Assembly: GCA_041602695.1 (NCBI GenBank)
Contig: JBFIFS010000004.1
Coordinates: 4,240 to 68,239, forward strand
Reading direction: 5' to 3'
Length of the DNA: 64,000 bases
From: Kiritimatiellia bacterium
GTDB lineage: Bacteria; Verrucomicrobiota; Kiritimatiellia; UBA8416; JBFIFS01
Each line of letters opens with the position of its first letter. Position 1 is the first letter of the stretch. Positions 48,721-58,060 of the stretch are shown one piece after another. The position numbers and the translations under genes are program-made. Under the pieces are notes generated by a model. That model made no database searches. It was given only the letters and a program-made list of their open reading frames with translations, and was not told where the DNA came from.

Positions 48721-48736
48721 TGCAATTAGCGTGCCA
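48721..48736 (-). promoter_or_regulatory. sigma-54 promoter for amtB-glnK-porin operon
   Basis: The minus strand reads C-TGGCACG-CTAA-TTGCA, an exact match to YTGGCACG-N4-TTGCW. It lies ~50 nt upstream of the amtB start. Confidence 0.8.
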
Positions 48737-48825
48737 GCGTCTGCAGAGAATTTTTCTATATCTGTAACACACTGGAGCCAAACTATTTCCAACATTTCAC
48801 TGCACAGGATTGGCAACAAACATGA

Positions 48826-48871
48826 ATTACATTATTGTAATCGCACGCAAGATATGACACATTTTTGTCAT
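48826..48871. promoter_or_regulatory. two palindromes with related half-sites (candidate enhancer/UAS or operator)
   Basis: ATTACA-N4-TGTAAT (48826-48841) and ATGACA-N6-TGTCAT (48854-48871). They lie ~115-160 bp upstream of the predicted sigma-54 transcription start. Confidence 0.5.
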
Positions 48872-48889
48872 ACGTTAAAGGGAGGAAGG

Positions 48890-50443
48890 ATGCCGACAAA
48901 GAAGGATCGCTCAAAGGTTGAACTGGAAATCCTGTACCACATATCGCAGGCGGTGGCGCACCAGGATGACGTACCCGCCCTGCTGAATGAAGTCCTGGAC
49001 ATCATGGAGACAGAAATGGACCTCCATCGCGGAACGCTTACACTCCGAAGGCCTGACACGGACACATTCGCAATAGAAGCCTCACGCGGACTCTCGGAAA
49101 AGGAAAAGAAGCGCGGCGAGTACAGGCTGGGCGAAGGCATCACCGGCAAGGTCGCCCAGACAGGGCGGCCCGCACTCGTGCAGGACATCTCCAAGGACCC
49201 CCACTTTCTTAACAGGACAAAGTCCAGGGGCAACAAGCAGACTTCCTTCCTCTGCGTTCCCATCGTGCACCAGGGCCAGGTAATCGGCACGTTCAGCATG
49301 GACCGGCGCCTCGAGGACAAGCAGGACCTCAAACGCGACCTGAACTTCCTGAAGCTTATTGCGGAGCTGCTCGCCGAAAGCGTCTACGGAATCCGACAGC
49401 AGAAAGAGGAGAAGGAAAGCCTCCTCGCGGAAAACAGGCGCCTCCGGCAGCAGCTGGGAAACCAGTACCGCCCGAGCAACATCATCGGCAACTGCAACAG
49501 CATGCGACGCGTGTACGACCAGATCGCCCAAGTCGCCGACAGCCTGGCCACAGTCCTGATCCGAGGCGAATCAGGCACTGGCAAAGAGCTGGTCGCGCGC
49601 GCCATCCACTACTGCAGCGCGAGAAAGAACTCCCCCTTCATTTCCGTTAACTGCGCCGCGCTGCCCGAAAACCTGGTGGAAAGCGAACTCTTCGGGCACG
49701 AGAAAGGATCGTTCACAGGCGCCAGCGCGCAGAGAAAAGGACGCTTTGAGCTGGCAAATGGAGGCACCCTGTTCCTTGACGAAATCGGAGACATCGCCCC
49801 CTCCGTCCAGGTCCGACTCCTTCGCGTGCTTCAGGAAAAAGAATTTGAGCGAGTGGGCGGAAACAAGACCATTGGCGTAAATGTCCGCGTAATCACCGCA
49901 ACAAGCACCGACCTGGAAAACCTGATGTCAAACGGCAAGTTCCGCGAGGACCTTTACTACCGGCTCAACGTCTTCCCCATACACCTGCCCCCGCTGAGAG
50001 ACAGGCGCGCCGACATCATGATGCTTGCCGATCATTTCGTGCAGAAATACAACAAGCTGTACAATCGAAAGATAAAGCGAATATCCACAGCAGCAATCAA
50101 CATGATGATGATGTACCACTGGCCCGGCAACGTCCGTGAGCTGGAGAACTGCATTGAGAGGGCGGTCCTGACTGCAACAGACGATGTCATTCACGGCTAC
50201 GCGCTTCCCCCATCCCTTCAGACAAGCGACGATACCGGCACCGCAATCATCCCGGCAGAAGGAGCAAACCTGAAGGACCTTGTCGAGAACTACGAGAGAG
50301 AAATCATAATTGACGCCCTGAAACGCAACAGGGGCAATGCATCAGCCGCCGCACGCGACCTGCAGACTACGCAGCGCATAATGAACTACAAGATCAAGAA
50401 CCTGTCGATCAAGCCGTCTGACTACAAGCCGCACACTGGTTAA
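48890..50443 (+). CDS. sigma-54-dependent transcriptional activator with N-terminal GAF domain (NifA-like architecture)
   Basis: ATG 48890 behind a GGGAGGAAGG RBS. Contains a GAF-like N-terminus, an AAA+ domain with GESGTGKE and [15 protein letters not shown], and a C-terminal Fis-type HTH. Confidence 0.9.
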   Translation: MPTKKDRSKVELEILYHISQAVAHQDDVPALLNEVLDIMETEMDLHRGTLTLRRPDTDTFAIEASRGLSEKEKKRGEYRLGEGITGKVAQTGRPALVQDISKDPHFLNRTKSRGNKQTSFLCVPIVHQGQVIGTFSMDRRLEDKQDLKRDLNFLKLIAELLAESVYGIRQQKEEKESLLAENRRLRQQLGNQYRPSNIIGNCNSMRRVYDQIAQVADSLATVLIRGESGTGKELVARAIHYCSARKNSPFISVNCAALPENLVESELFGHEKGSFTGASAQRKGRFELANGGTLFLDEIGDIAPSVQVRLLRVLQEKEFERVGGNKTIGVNVRVITATSTDLENLMSNGKFREDLYYRLNVFPIHLPPLRDRRADIMMLADHFVQKYNKLYNRKIKRISTAAINMMMMYHWPGNVRELENCIERAVLTATDDVIHGYALPPSLQTSDDTGTAIIPAEGANLKDLVENYEREIIIDALKRNRGNASAAARDLQTTQRIMNYKIKNLSIKPSDYKPHTG

Positions 50444-51450
50444 CTCTTCCTGATAGCGTCGACGAGTTCAGTATAGTGACGGAGACGCGTGAATTCCATA
50501 AAACCGCACAGCGCGCGGGCCTCGACCCGGATCCCGCCCTCTTCAAGAATAGCCGTAGGATTGAGCCCCCCTATCACCACTGCCCCAATGCAGCCTTCGT
50601 GAACAGGAATACTGAACAGGGCCTGACCCGGACGCCCAATCACCATGAATCCGCCCAGCCCGATCCGCTCCAGCTTCTCTTCAAGGTTCAGGACAAGGTC
50701 ATAACTCTCTGCAGGAAGCTCCCTGAACCCAACACCTATGAGCCCGTTACCGCTGGTAATTGCGCCAGTGTAGTTCGTTCTGCCAGCGCTTATAAAGAGC
50801 TCCAGAGGATCGAGGCTGATTGCATCATAGTTAACCACTTCCGCCAGGCGCGCAGGCCTGCCGTCCTGAAGCTCAAGCAAACCACAGAAAAGGGAACGCA
50901 CAGGCACCCCGTGCTTCAGCATTACACCATTGAGAGTAATCGAACACACTGTGCAGAGACCGACCTTGCCCTCCGGCACTGTCACATCCCCTAACCTTTC
51001 CCCGGGATGCAGCACCGCCAACAAGTGCCCCATCGCGTAGCCTTTCTCAAAAACCTTCTTTATGGCATCCGCCTTCTCCAGAAGGCGCCCGGGCTCAACC
51101 AAAGTCGTGTTCACAACAACCAGTCCGGACCTGGTCTCCAAATCAAACGTCATCTGGTAAGTCATTCTGTCTATCAGCGAAGACATGTAACCTACACGCT
51201 CAAGAATCTTGGAGGTACCTACTTCTTTTCGGCCACTTTCCGTGATCGTTCGGCCACGCTTGCCGTGCAGCTCGGTAAGACCGTCACCGTCAAGCTGCTT
51301 CAAGTAAAGCCGCACCGTCCTCTCGCTAATGTCGTACCCGGCAATATTGAGCGCTTCCGCCAGCCTGCCGCTGCTCAAAGGCTCCGAAGCCTTGCGCAAT
51401 ACCTCAAGGATCGCCAGCTTCCTCTTCTCCGTTCTCTCAGCACCAGCCAT
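50440..51450 (-). CDS. nrpR: NrpR-type (winged helix + DUF128 domain) nitrogen repressor homologue
   Basis: [49 protein letters not shown], then [20 protein letters not shown]...GLVVVNTT, as in archaeal NrpR. ATG 51450 behind a GGAAGGAAGG RBS. Confidence 0.7.
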   Translation of the reverse strand: MAGAERTEKRKLAILEVLRKASEPLSSGRLAEALNIAGYDISERTVRLYLKQLDGDGLTELHGKRGRTITESGRKEVGTSKILERVGYMSSLIDRMTYQMTFDLETRSGLVVVNTTLVEPGRLLEKADAIKKVFEKGYAMGHLLAVLHPGERLGDVTVPEGKVGLCTVCSITLNGVMLKHGVPVRSLFCGLLELQDGRPARLAEVVNYDAISLDPLELFISAGRTNYTGAITSGNGLIGVGFRELPAESYDLVLNLEEKLERIGLGGFMVIGRPGQALFSIPVHEGCIGAVVIGGLNPTAILEEGGIRVEARALCGFMEFTRLRHYTELVDAIRKS

Positions 51451-51477
51451 AACCAACCTTCCTTCCAAAAACGCTTC

Positions 51478-51551
51478 GGCAAAAATACCCTCTTAACTAC
51501 CCCTATTCGCCCTCAAGACCCCCAAGATAAGATATGATAGGTATTTTTGCC
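51478..51551. repeat. perfect 12-bp inverted repeat GGCAAAAATACC / GGTATTTTTGCC separated by 50 bp
   Basis: Arms at 51478-51489 and 51540-51551 in the nrpR-gdhA divergent intergenic region; centre-to-centre distance 62 bp. Confidence 0.9.
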
Positions 51552-51589
51552 AATCTTTTTCTCTTTATTTCCGTAATTTTAATTATTTC

Positions 51590-51619
51590 TTGATGTTTTA
51601 TCCCCGCTTTCACTATTAT
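51590..51619 (+). promoter_or_regulatory. candidate sigma-70 promoter for gdhA
   Basis: TTGATG-N18-TATTAT in an AT-rich tract, ~85 nt upstream of ATG 51707. Confidence 0.35.
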
Positions 51620-51706
51620 GATCAAGCAATGAGGCAATATTACGTCACATCTATAGGCATTTCTTTGCCCATCTATCAGGTCGGTCATTAACAAGAAGGA
51701 GAGAAT

Positions 51707-53050
51707 ATGAATTCGTATGTCAGTCGTGTCCTAAACAGTCTTGAGGGAGATCAGCCGTGGGAACGGGAGTTCCTGCAGGCAGCAACCGAAGTGTTGGCGT
51801 CACTTGGACCGCTGATGGATCGTGAACCCAAGTATGAGCGATTCAGTATACTGGAGCAGATCACGGTTCCGGAGCGCGTCATTGTATTTCGAGTACCGTG
51901 GCTTGATGATGCCGGCAACTGCCAGGTGAATATAGGTTACCGCGTCGAATTCAACAGCGCGATAGGCCCTTACAAGGGCGGGCTCCGCTTCCACCCTTCC
52001 GTCAACAAGAGCATCCTCAAGTTCCTCGGGTTCGAACAGATATTCAAGAACAGCCTGACCGGACTCCCCATGGGCGGCGGTAAAGGCGGCTCAAATTTCG
52101 ATCCGAAGGGCAAGTCCGATATGGAAGTGATGAAGTTCTGCCAGAGCTTCATGCGCGAACTCTACAGGCACATTGGCGCCGATACTGACGTACCGGCAGG
52201 CGATATCGGGGTGGGCGGCCGCGAGATCGGATACCTGCAGGGCCAGTATCGCCGAATAACAAACAGCTCTGAATGCGTGCTGACCGGCAAAGGCCTGAAC
52301 TGGGGCGGAAGCCTGATTCGCCCTGAGGCCACCGGTTACGGCGCGACCTACTTTGCGGAAGAAATGCTGAAGGCGAGCGGAAACGCAATGGAAGGAAAGA
52401 CCGTGCTAGTATCAGGCTCAGGCAACGTCGCACAGTATTCAGTCGAGAAGGTGAACCAGCTGGGCGGCAGGGTGGTGTCACTCTCTGATTCAGCCGGCAC
52501 AATCATTGACAAGGCGGGTATCGACGCCGAGAAGCTTGAGTTCGTAATGGACCTCAAGAACGTTAGGCGCGGGCGGATCAGGGAGTACGCTGACAAGTTT
52601 ACGAGTGCAGAATACCACGAAGGCAAACGGCCGTGGGGACTGGTGCCCGCGGAAGTCGCGCTCCCCTCGGCAACCCAGAACGAGATCAATGGAGAGGAAG
52701 CCGTCGCGATGGTCGACAGCGGACTTCTCTGCGTTTCAGAGGGCGCCAACATGCCTTCGACGCCGGAAGCCGTCGAGGTGTTCCTGAACAAAGGCGTGCT
52801 CTACGGCCCCGGGAAGGCAGCTAATGCGGGCGGCGTGGCAGTATCCGGCCTGGAGATGTCTCAGAACGCCATGAGGATGAGCTGGACGGCCGAAGAGGTA
52901 GACGCAAAGCTTCGCCAAATCATGGTCAACATCCATAGCGCATGCTACGAAGCTGCCGAGGAAAACGGCACTCCGAAGAACTATGTAAACGGAGCCAACA
53001 TCGCGGGATTCCGCAAAGTTGCTGACGCGATGATTGACCTGGGAATCTAA
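51707..53050 (+). CDS. gdhA: NADP-specific glutamate dehydrogenase
   Basis: LPMGGGKGGSNFDPKG catalytic-Lys motif and the GSGNVA dinucleotide fold; 447 aa. RBS GAAGGAGAG. Confidence 0.95.
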   Translation: MNSYVSRVLNSLEGDQPWEREFLQAATEVLASLGPLMDREPKYERFSILEQITVPERVIVFRVPWLDDAGNCQVNIGYRVEFNSAIGPYKGGLRFHPSVNKSILKFLGFEQIFKNSLTGLPMGGGKGGSNFDPKGKSDMEVMKFCQSFMRELYRHIGADTDVPAGDIGVGGREIGYLQGQYRRITNSSECVLTGKGLNWGGSLIRPEATGYGATYFAEEMLKASGNAMEGKTVLVSGSGNVAQYSVEKVNQLGGRVVSLSDSAGTIIDKAGIDAEKLEFVMDLKNVRRGRIREYADKFTSAEYHEGKRPWGLVPAEVALPSATQNEINGEEAVAMVDSGLLCVSEGANMPSTPEAVEVFLNKGVLYGPGKAANAGGVAVSGLEMSQNAMRMSWTAEEVDAKLRQIMVNIHSACYEAAEENGTPKNYVNGANIAGFRKVADAMIDLGI

Positions 53051-53063
53051 AACGACCCTGAAC

Positions 53064-53098
53064 AAAGGGCGGCAGCCATCTGGTTGTCGCCCTTTTTC
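53064..53098 (+). terminator. rho-independent terminator after gdhA
   Basis: Stem AAAGGGCG/CGCCCTTT with a 16-nt loop, followed by TTTTTCATTT. Confidence 0.7.
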
Positions 53099-53208
53099 AT
53101 TTAGCATTCAGGTCACGATGGCCCAGTCATTCCAGAAACACCTTTATCCGAGCTGCTTTCTACTTGCGCGATCTTCAGACTGAATTGCAATAGCAGTCCG
53201 GAGAGAGA

Positions 53209-53454
53209 CTATTTCTGATGGTTGGTATGAAGCCAGTAATGCACGGGGCACCTGCAAATATGACCGTTCCCGAAAGGAATCCTATATGAGCAGACAACAT
53301 CTTTTCCAGCACAGAGGAAGAGTATGTTCCGTCCGTCAGCCTCACTCACATCACACATTTCATGGGGGCCACAACGCCTCTCAGTAAGGCAGGAGTGGTT
53401 GTGCTCGCACCTGTCAGCACTATCAACAACCGATTGCGGCACAGTCATGTTCAT
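53209..53454 (-). CDS. small Cys/His-rich hypothetical protein (81 aa)
   Basis: ATG 53454 behind an AAGGAGGG RBS. Eight Cys and several His (CEHNHSC, RRCGPHEMC, LCAGKDVVC, HICRCPVH). No family recognised. Confidence 0.5.
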   Translation of the reverse strand: MNMTVPQSVVDSADRCEHNHSCLTERRCGPHEMCDVSEADGRNILFLCAGKDVVCSYRIPFGNGHICRCPVHYWLHTNHQK

Positions 53455-53632
53455 TGCGCTGCCCTCCTTCTCGGCACCGGCCAGACCCGAATGTAAATCG
53501 CTCACTGACCTTCTTACTTCGCAGAAGAATTCTACCTGATATCTGGAAAACAGCCATAAAAAAGAGAGGCTTTTCTTCTAAGCGGCTTGCCGCCATATAC
53601 TTAAGGGTGTAAAGTCCGGGCCGGAGATTAAG

Positions 53633-54553
53633 ATGATCGAATCCAAGAAAGTCCATTTCGACGCAAAGGGAACAGCCGGGCTTCTGGGCAGCATCATCTG
53701 CTGGTCCCTCGGCCCGCTCTTTCTTAAAACCCTCGCCGGGCATATGGATGCATGGACGCAGAACGCCCTTCGCTACATCGTCTCCTGTATCATATGGGTC
53801 CCGTACCTGGTCTACGCCCATAAAAGAGGGAAGCTGCCGCGCTCTGTATGGAGAAAGGCCTGGCCGGTGGTGGTCGCAAATCTCTTTATGCAGACATGCT
53901 GGGCTGCCGGCTTCTACTTTGTCAGCGCGACGTTCCACAATCTCATGGCAAAATCAACAGTGATCTGGGTCCCTCTGGCGGCCGTGATATTCTTTCCCGG
54001 GGAGAGGCGGCTGTTCCGGAGCAAGCTGCTGTGGACCGGCATGCTCCTGTCGCTCACCGGCGTGGCCGGAGTCATCATTGCCGGCGAGGGTTTTGAAATG
54101 AAGGCAACAATCATGGGCGCGCTGATCATCAACCTGGCGACGATCGGATGGGCCGCCTACACGGTGACTATCAGGAAATGCCTTAATGACGTGGACGCAC
54201 GCGTGGCATTCGGTGTCGTGAGCGTCTACTCCGTGGTTGGATTCCTCGCCCTCATGTTCATTTTTGGAGATCCCTCACAATGCTTGACCATCCCAGCGAG
54301 TATATGGACAGCGGTCGTTCTCTCCGCTGTGCTGGCCATCGCCCTCTCCCACTCTCTTTACTACATGACCATCAATCGTATAGGCGCTACCATACCCGCC
54401 CTTGCACTGCTCACGACTCCCTTCGTAGTTGCATTGCTGGCCAATATCTTCCTGAACGAGTCCCTGACCGGCGCGCAGTGGCTTTGGGGCATTGTCCTCA
54501 TAGCCGGAGGCGTCTTCAGCGTCACCGCGCAGCGCGACCTCAAAGGCGAGTGA
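53633..54553 (+). CDS. EamA/DMT-superfamily transporter
   Basis: Ten hydrophobic segments in two EamA-like halves; 306 aa. Confidence 0.8.
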   Translation: MIESKKVHFDAKGTAGLLGSIICWSLGPLFLKTLAGHMDAWTQNALRYIVSCIIWVPYLVYAHKRGKLPRSVWRKAWPVVVANLFMQTCWAAGFYFVSATFHNLMAKSTVIWVPLAAVIFFPGERRLFRSKLLWTGMLLSLTGVAGVIIAGEGFEMKATIMGALIINLATIGWAAYTVTIRKCLNDVDARVAFGVVSVYSVVGFLALMFIFGDPSQCLTIPASIWTAVVLSAVLAIALSHSLYYMTINRIGATIPALALLTTPFVVALLANIFLNESLTGAQWLWGIVLIAGGVFSVTAQRDLKGE

Positions 54554-54622
54554 GAAAGCGGCCCCTTGTGCTGCCACAAGGGACCTGCTATCATTCCAAA
54601 CGACAATCCGAGGCAGCAGAGC

Positions 54623-56656
54623 ATGGCGGACAACACACGAGATACCATGGATTTCTTCGAGGCGCAGGACGTCCATCGAAGAAACACAGTAATACTTCTT
54701 GTATATTTCACTGTAGCGGTTGCGCTCACCGCAACTGCAGCGTACTTCGTAACACTGTCCTACTGGTTTGTGTTCAATAAGGTCGCGAACTTCTGGCGGG
54801 ACCTCTACGACCTGGACATCATCCAGTTCGAATGGTGGAACGTCCACAAGTACTACTTTATTGCGGGCCCATGCGCCATAGCGCTTGTCTCGCTCAGCGT
54901 CTGGAAGACGCGCCAACTAGCGGCCCCTATCGACCAGATCATGCCTCTTATAGGCGCAACCGAAGTCGACCACGGCATCATGCACCCGCCGACAAAGGTC
55001 TATTTGGACGTTGTCGAGGAGATGTCGATCGCTTCCCGCACGCCAATGCCGCGCACATTCGTGATTCCGCGGGAATACGGCATTAACGCGATGGCCGTGG
55101 GATCGTCCGCCGACAGCGCCGCCATAGCCGTATCTGCCGGAGCCATACAGATGCTTACAAGGGATGAAATGCAGGGGGTGGTCGCCCACGAATTCAGCCA
55201 CATTCTCAATGGTGATATGGCGATGAACGTTCGCTTGCTGGGAGTGCTATACGGGATCGACAGCATTGGCCTGATTGGCCGCATGTTCTGCGGCTTTCTT
55301 GTCCGAAGCGGCAGGCTCGGCATTCCCGGGCACAGCAACGTCCTTGCTATGGGGGCGTGGGTTGCCCTGCTGCTTTGCCTGCCTTTCGCGTTCCTCAGCT
55401 GGTTGGGGCTCATCTTCGGGCAGCTTATCCGCGCTGCGATCTCACGCCAGCGTGAGTACCTGGCCGATGCGTCCGCAGTGCAGTTCACGCGATTCCCGGA
55501 CGGCATAGCCGGAGCCCTTACCAAAATCGGAGGCCTCACGGCAGGCTCGGCAATGCGGGGCACTGCAATGGTGGCCAGCCATTTCTTTCTGGCCAGCGCA
55601 TTTGGGACCTCAAGCGGCTTGCTTTCAGTCGCATCGCACCCGCCCCTTTCAGACCGAATAAAGAGGATCACCCCGAACTTCGACGGCGACTTCCCTTACC
55701 TGCCCATGCACTACGAAGCCAAGATGGGGGATCCAAGAAAGGCCGCCTGGCAGCCGGGCAGCCGGGACCCGGAGGGAGGCCCTGCTGCGCCCGCAATTAC
55801 CACTGAGAGCGGAACGCGAATGTCTCCCGAGGACATTACAAGCGCGTTAACGGCCCCAAACCCTGCATACGTTTCGTATGTGCGCAAGCTCTTCATGGGA
55901 CTACCCGATGCGCTCGTCAAGACAGCGTCCGTCCCGGAGACGGCCATGCTCTTGGTCTATGCTGTCCTCCTCTCCCATGATGACAGAAAAAGAGCAGACG
56001 AGGTCGCAGTCATCACCGACAGGGAAGGCGAGGAACGCGCCAAACAGGCGGACAGCCTTTCCAGAATACTCAAGACATCCAACCCGGAAGCTGAAGTGCC
56101 GTTACTGGAAAAGGCATTCGCCTCAATGTCAAAGCTTGCCCGGCCGGAGCTTGAAGAGGCCTACGAATCTTTTTCGCGGATCTTTTCGCTCACGCAGCCC
56201 GAGGACTCCAGCGAGTATATTTTTCCTGCCGCAATCCGGGCCAGACTCTCGGCGCTGAGCGGAAAGGGAAACAAGAGCGGGCTTGCGATAAAGAAGATGG
56301 CGAGCGTCGAACACGAAATAACGACTATCGCCGCATTCCTTGTTAAATGGAAGGCTCTTGCTGAGGCCGCGTCCCAGAAAGAGCCTGCAGCTCAACTCGC
56401 ATCGCGAATCCTGTGGGGAATCGATTTAAAGCAGATTGATACAAGTCCCACGCAGCTGGAAAACGCATGCGCAAAGATAGCGAGGGCCGATCCCCACCTG
56501 AAGAGAGAGCTGCTCGTCCTCGCTGTCAAGCTCTTGGCACCGAACGGAATAGTGAGCCCTGCAAGCGCAGAGATGATTTGGCTGCTCGCGGAACTTACGA
56601 GGGCGAGAATCCCACCACTAATGCCTGGAGAACTGACCAAGAGGCTCAAGCGCTGA
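54623..56656 (+). CDS. M48-family (HtpX-like) membrane zinc metallopeptidase with long C-terminal extension
   Basis: HEFSHILNGD (HExxH) and a downstream EYLADASAV, flanked by TM segments, plus a ~330 aa helical C-terminal region. Start trimmed to ATG 54623. Confidence 0.8.
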   Translation: MADNTRDTMDFFEAQDVHRRNTVILLVYFTVAVALTATAAYFVTLSYWFVFNKVANFWRDLYDLDIIQFEWWNVHKYYFIAGPCAIALVSLSVWKTRQLAAPIDQIMPLIGATEVDHGIMHPPTKVYLDVVEEMSIASRTPMPRTFVIPREYGINAMAVGSSADSAAIAVSAGAIQMLTRDEMQGVVAHEFSHILNGDMAMNVRLLGVLYGIDSIGLIGRMFCGFLVRSGRLGIPGHSNVLAMGAWVALLLCLPFAFLSWLGLIFGQLIRAAISRQREYLADASAVQFTRFPDGIAGALTKIGGLTAGSAMRGTAMVASHFFLASAFGTSSGLLSVASHPPLSDRIKRITPNFDGDFPYLPMHYEAKMGDPRKAAWQPGSRDPEGGPAAPAITTESGTRMSPEDITSALTAPNPAYVSYVRKLFMGLPDALVKTASVPETAMLLVYAVLLSHDDRKRADEVAVITDREGEERAKQADSLSRILKTSNPEAEVPLLEKAFASMSKLARPELEEAYESFSRIFSLTQPEDSSEYIFPAAIRARLSALSGKGNKSGLAIKKMASVEHEITTIAAFLVKWKALAEAASQKEPAAQLASRILWGIDLKQIDTSPTQLENACAKIARADPHLKRELLVLAVKLLAPNGIVSPASAEMIWLLAELTRARIPPLMPGELTKRLKR

Positions 56657-57055
56657 TCATCGTCGCAGTCCGGCCTGCTCAAGCAGTTCACTGCGTTCGC
56701 CCCTCATGAACCTGCGCAGCTCCTTCCGCCCCTGCTCCCTGTCTATTCCCATCTTTTCCAGGCAGTCGAGCACCTTGTCGAAATTCTTCCGGCGTTCTTC
56801 TCCAGCTTCCGACAGGTCGCGTCTGTCACGACATGCCACCAGCATCGTCGAGCCGCATCCGCAGTTCCTGAAAACGCCCACGATGTTGGAGCTCTTTCCT
56901 GCCTGGAATTCCGCAAGGCCGCTGCTTCCCGGGACCTGCTCAGTGTTTTCAAAGAAGTCCGTCAAGTCCCTGTAGGAGCGCTGACAGGTACGGCACTTCT
57001 TCGGGAATGCGCCATCGTCAGACTCTAGATACTTGTATGTCGACCCGGATGCCAT
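56657..57055 (-). CDS. hypothetical protein with putative zinc-binding Cys pairs (132 aa)
   Basis: CRTC ... CGCGS pairs; no family recognised. Tightly packed between the M48 gene and ispH. Confidence 0.5.
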   Translation of the reverse strand: MASGSTYKYLESDDGAFPKKCRTCQRSYRDLTDFFENTEQVPGSSGLAEFQAGKSSNIVGVFRNCGCGSTMLVACRDRRDLSEAGEERRKNFDKVLDCLEKMGIDREQGRKELRRFMRGERSELLEQAGLRR

Positions 57056-57058
57056 TGC

Positions 57059-57985
57059 TTAAACCTCAGGAACAGTCAGCTTACAATTCTCCTCCACCAC
57101 CTCAAGCTTTTCCAGCTTTTCAAACCCCATTGAGCCGAGCTTGCCGAGTACAGTTTGCGTAAACTCCTCAGGCGTTGACGCGCCCGCCGTGACCCCTACG
57201 GCATCGACGCCGGAGAGGTCCTGCGCATCAAGGGCCTCAAGCGTGTCTACCAGATCGGCCCTCAATCCCTCCGCTCGAGCCACCTCCACCAGTCGGTTAG
57301 TATTCGAGCTGTTGCGCGAGCCTATCACCAGGACGATATCGACCTTTCCAGCCAGGGCCCTGACGGCCTCCTGGCGGTTCAGCGTGGCATAGCAAATGTC
57401 GCCCCGCGAAGCCGTCTCTATGTCCCTGTATTTTTCCCGAAGGACCGCGATTACCTTTTCCGAATCCCGCTGACTAAGGGTCGTCTGCGTCGCCACGGCC
57501 ACTCCGCAGCTCACGTCGGCGTCCGCTTCGCGCGCCTCAGACTCATCCTGGACCACAATGACGTGATCCGGGGCCTCCCCGGATATGCCCACAATTTCTT
57601 CGTGCTTTCTGTGTCCGACAAGAAACACCTTCTTCCCCGCAGCAGACCATCGCTTGACTTCGCGGTGGATCTTATCGACGAAGGGGCAGGTAGCATCGAT
57701 AACCTTCAGATCTCGCGCCGCTGCCTCGTCACGTATGTTGGGTGAAACGCCATGCGCGCTGAAAAGAACGACCCCGCCGCGAGGAACATCCTTAAGGTCC
57801 TTGATGAATGCCACGCCCCTGTCCGCAAATCCATTCACGACAATTGGGTTATGAACAATCTCGTTGAAGCAGTAAAGCGGCGCACCATACTTCTGCAGCG
57901 CCAGCTCCATCATGTGCGTGGCCCGGTCCACACCTGCGCAGAAACCATGAGGGGAAGCAAGTATGATTTTCTTCTCTCGAACCAT
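57059..57985 (-). CDS. ispH: 4-hydroxy-3-methylbut-2-enyl diphosphate reductase
   Basis: ASPHGFCAGVDRA, SAHGVSP and ATCPFV motifs with the three cluster Cys. Confidence 0.93.
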   Translation of the reverse strand: MVREKKIILASPHGFCAGVDRATHMMELALQKYGAPLYCFNEIVHNPIVVNGFADRGVAFIKDLKDVPRGGVVLFSAHGVSPNIRDEAAARDLKVIDATCPFVDKIHREVKRWSAAGKKVFLVGHRKHEEIVGISGEAPDHVIVVQDESEAREADADVSCGVAVATQTTLSQRDSEKVIAVLREKYRDIETASRGDICYATLNRQEAVRALAGKVDIVLVIGSRNSSNTNRLVEVARAEGLRADLVDTLEALDAQDLSGVDAVGVTAGASTPEEFTQTVLGKLGSMGFEKLEKLEVVEENCKLTVPEV

Positions 57986-58060
57986 ATGAATCTTTGCTGG
58001 TTGATGTTTGCCAGATACTAGAATATATTCCCCCTCATACCAAAGGGTTTTTAGAACATC

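Noticed and set aside
48515-48889. Upstream extension of the sigma-54 activator ORF (start 48515), and N-terminal extension of amtB up to 48781
   Set aside because: The extensions overlap each other and the promoter region. Strong RBS-ATG pairs at 48890 (+) and 48670 (-) give proteins that begin at the conserved N-termini.
48671-48889. Search for classical NifA UAS (TGT-N10-ACA), NtrC site (TGCACC-N5-GGTGCA) and methanococcal NrpR operator (GGAA-N6-TTCC), here and in 51451-51706
   Set aside because: I checked every TGT/ACA and GGAA/TTCC occurrence by hand, and none has the required spacing. I therefore claim no known operator.
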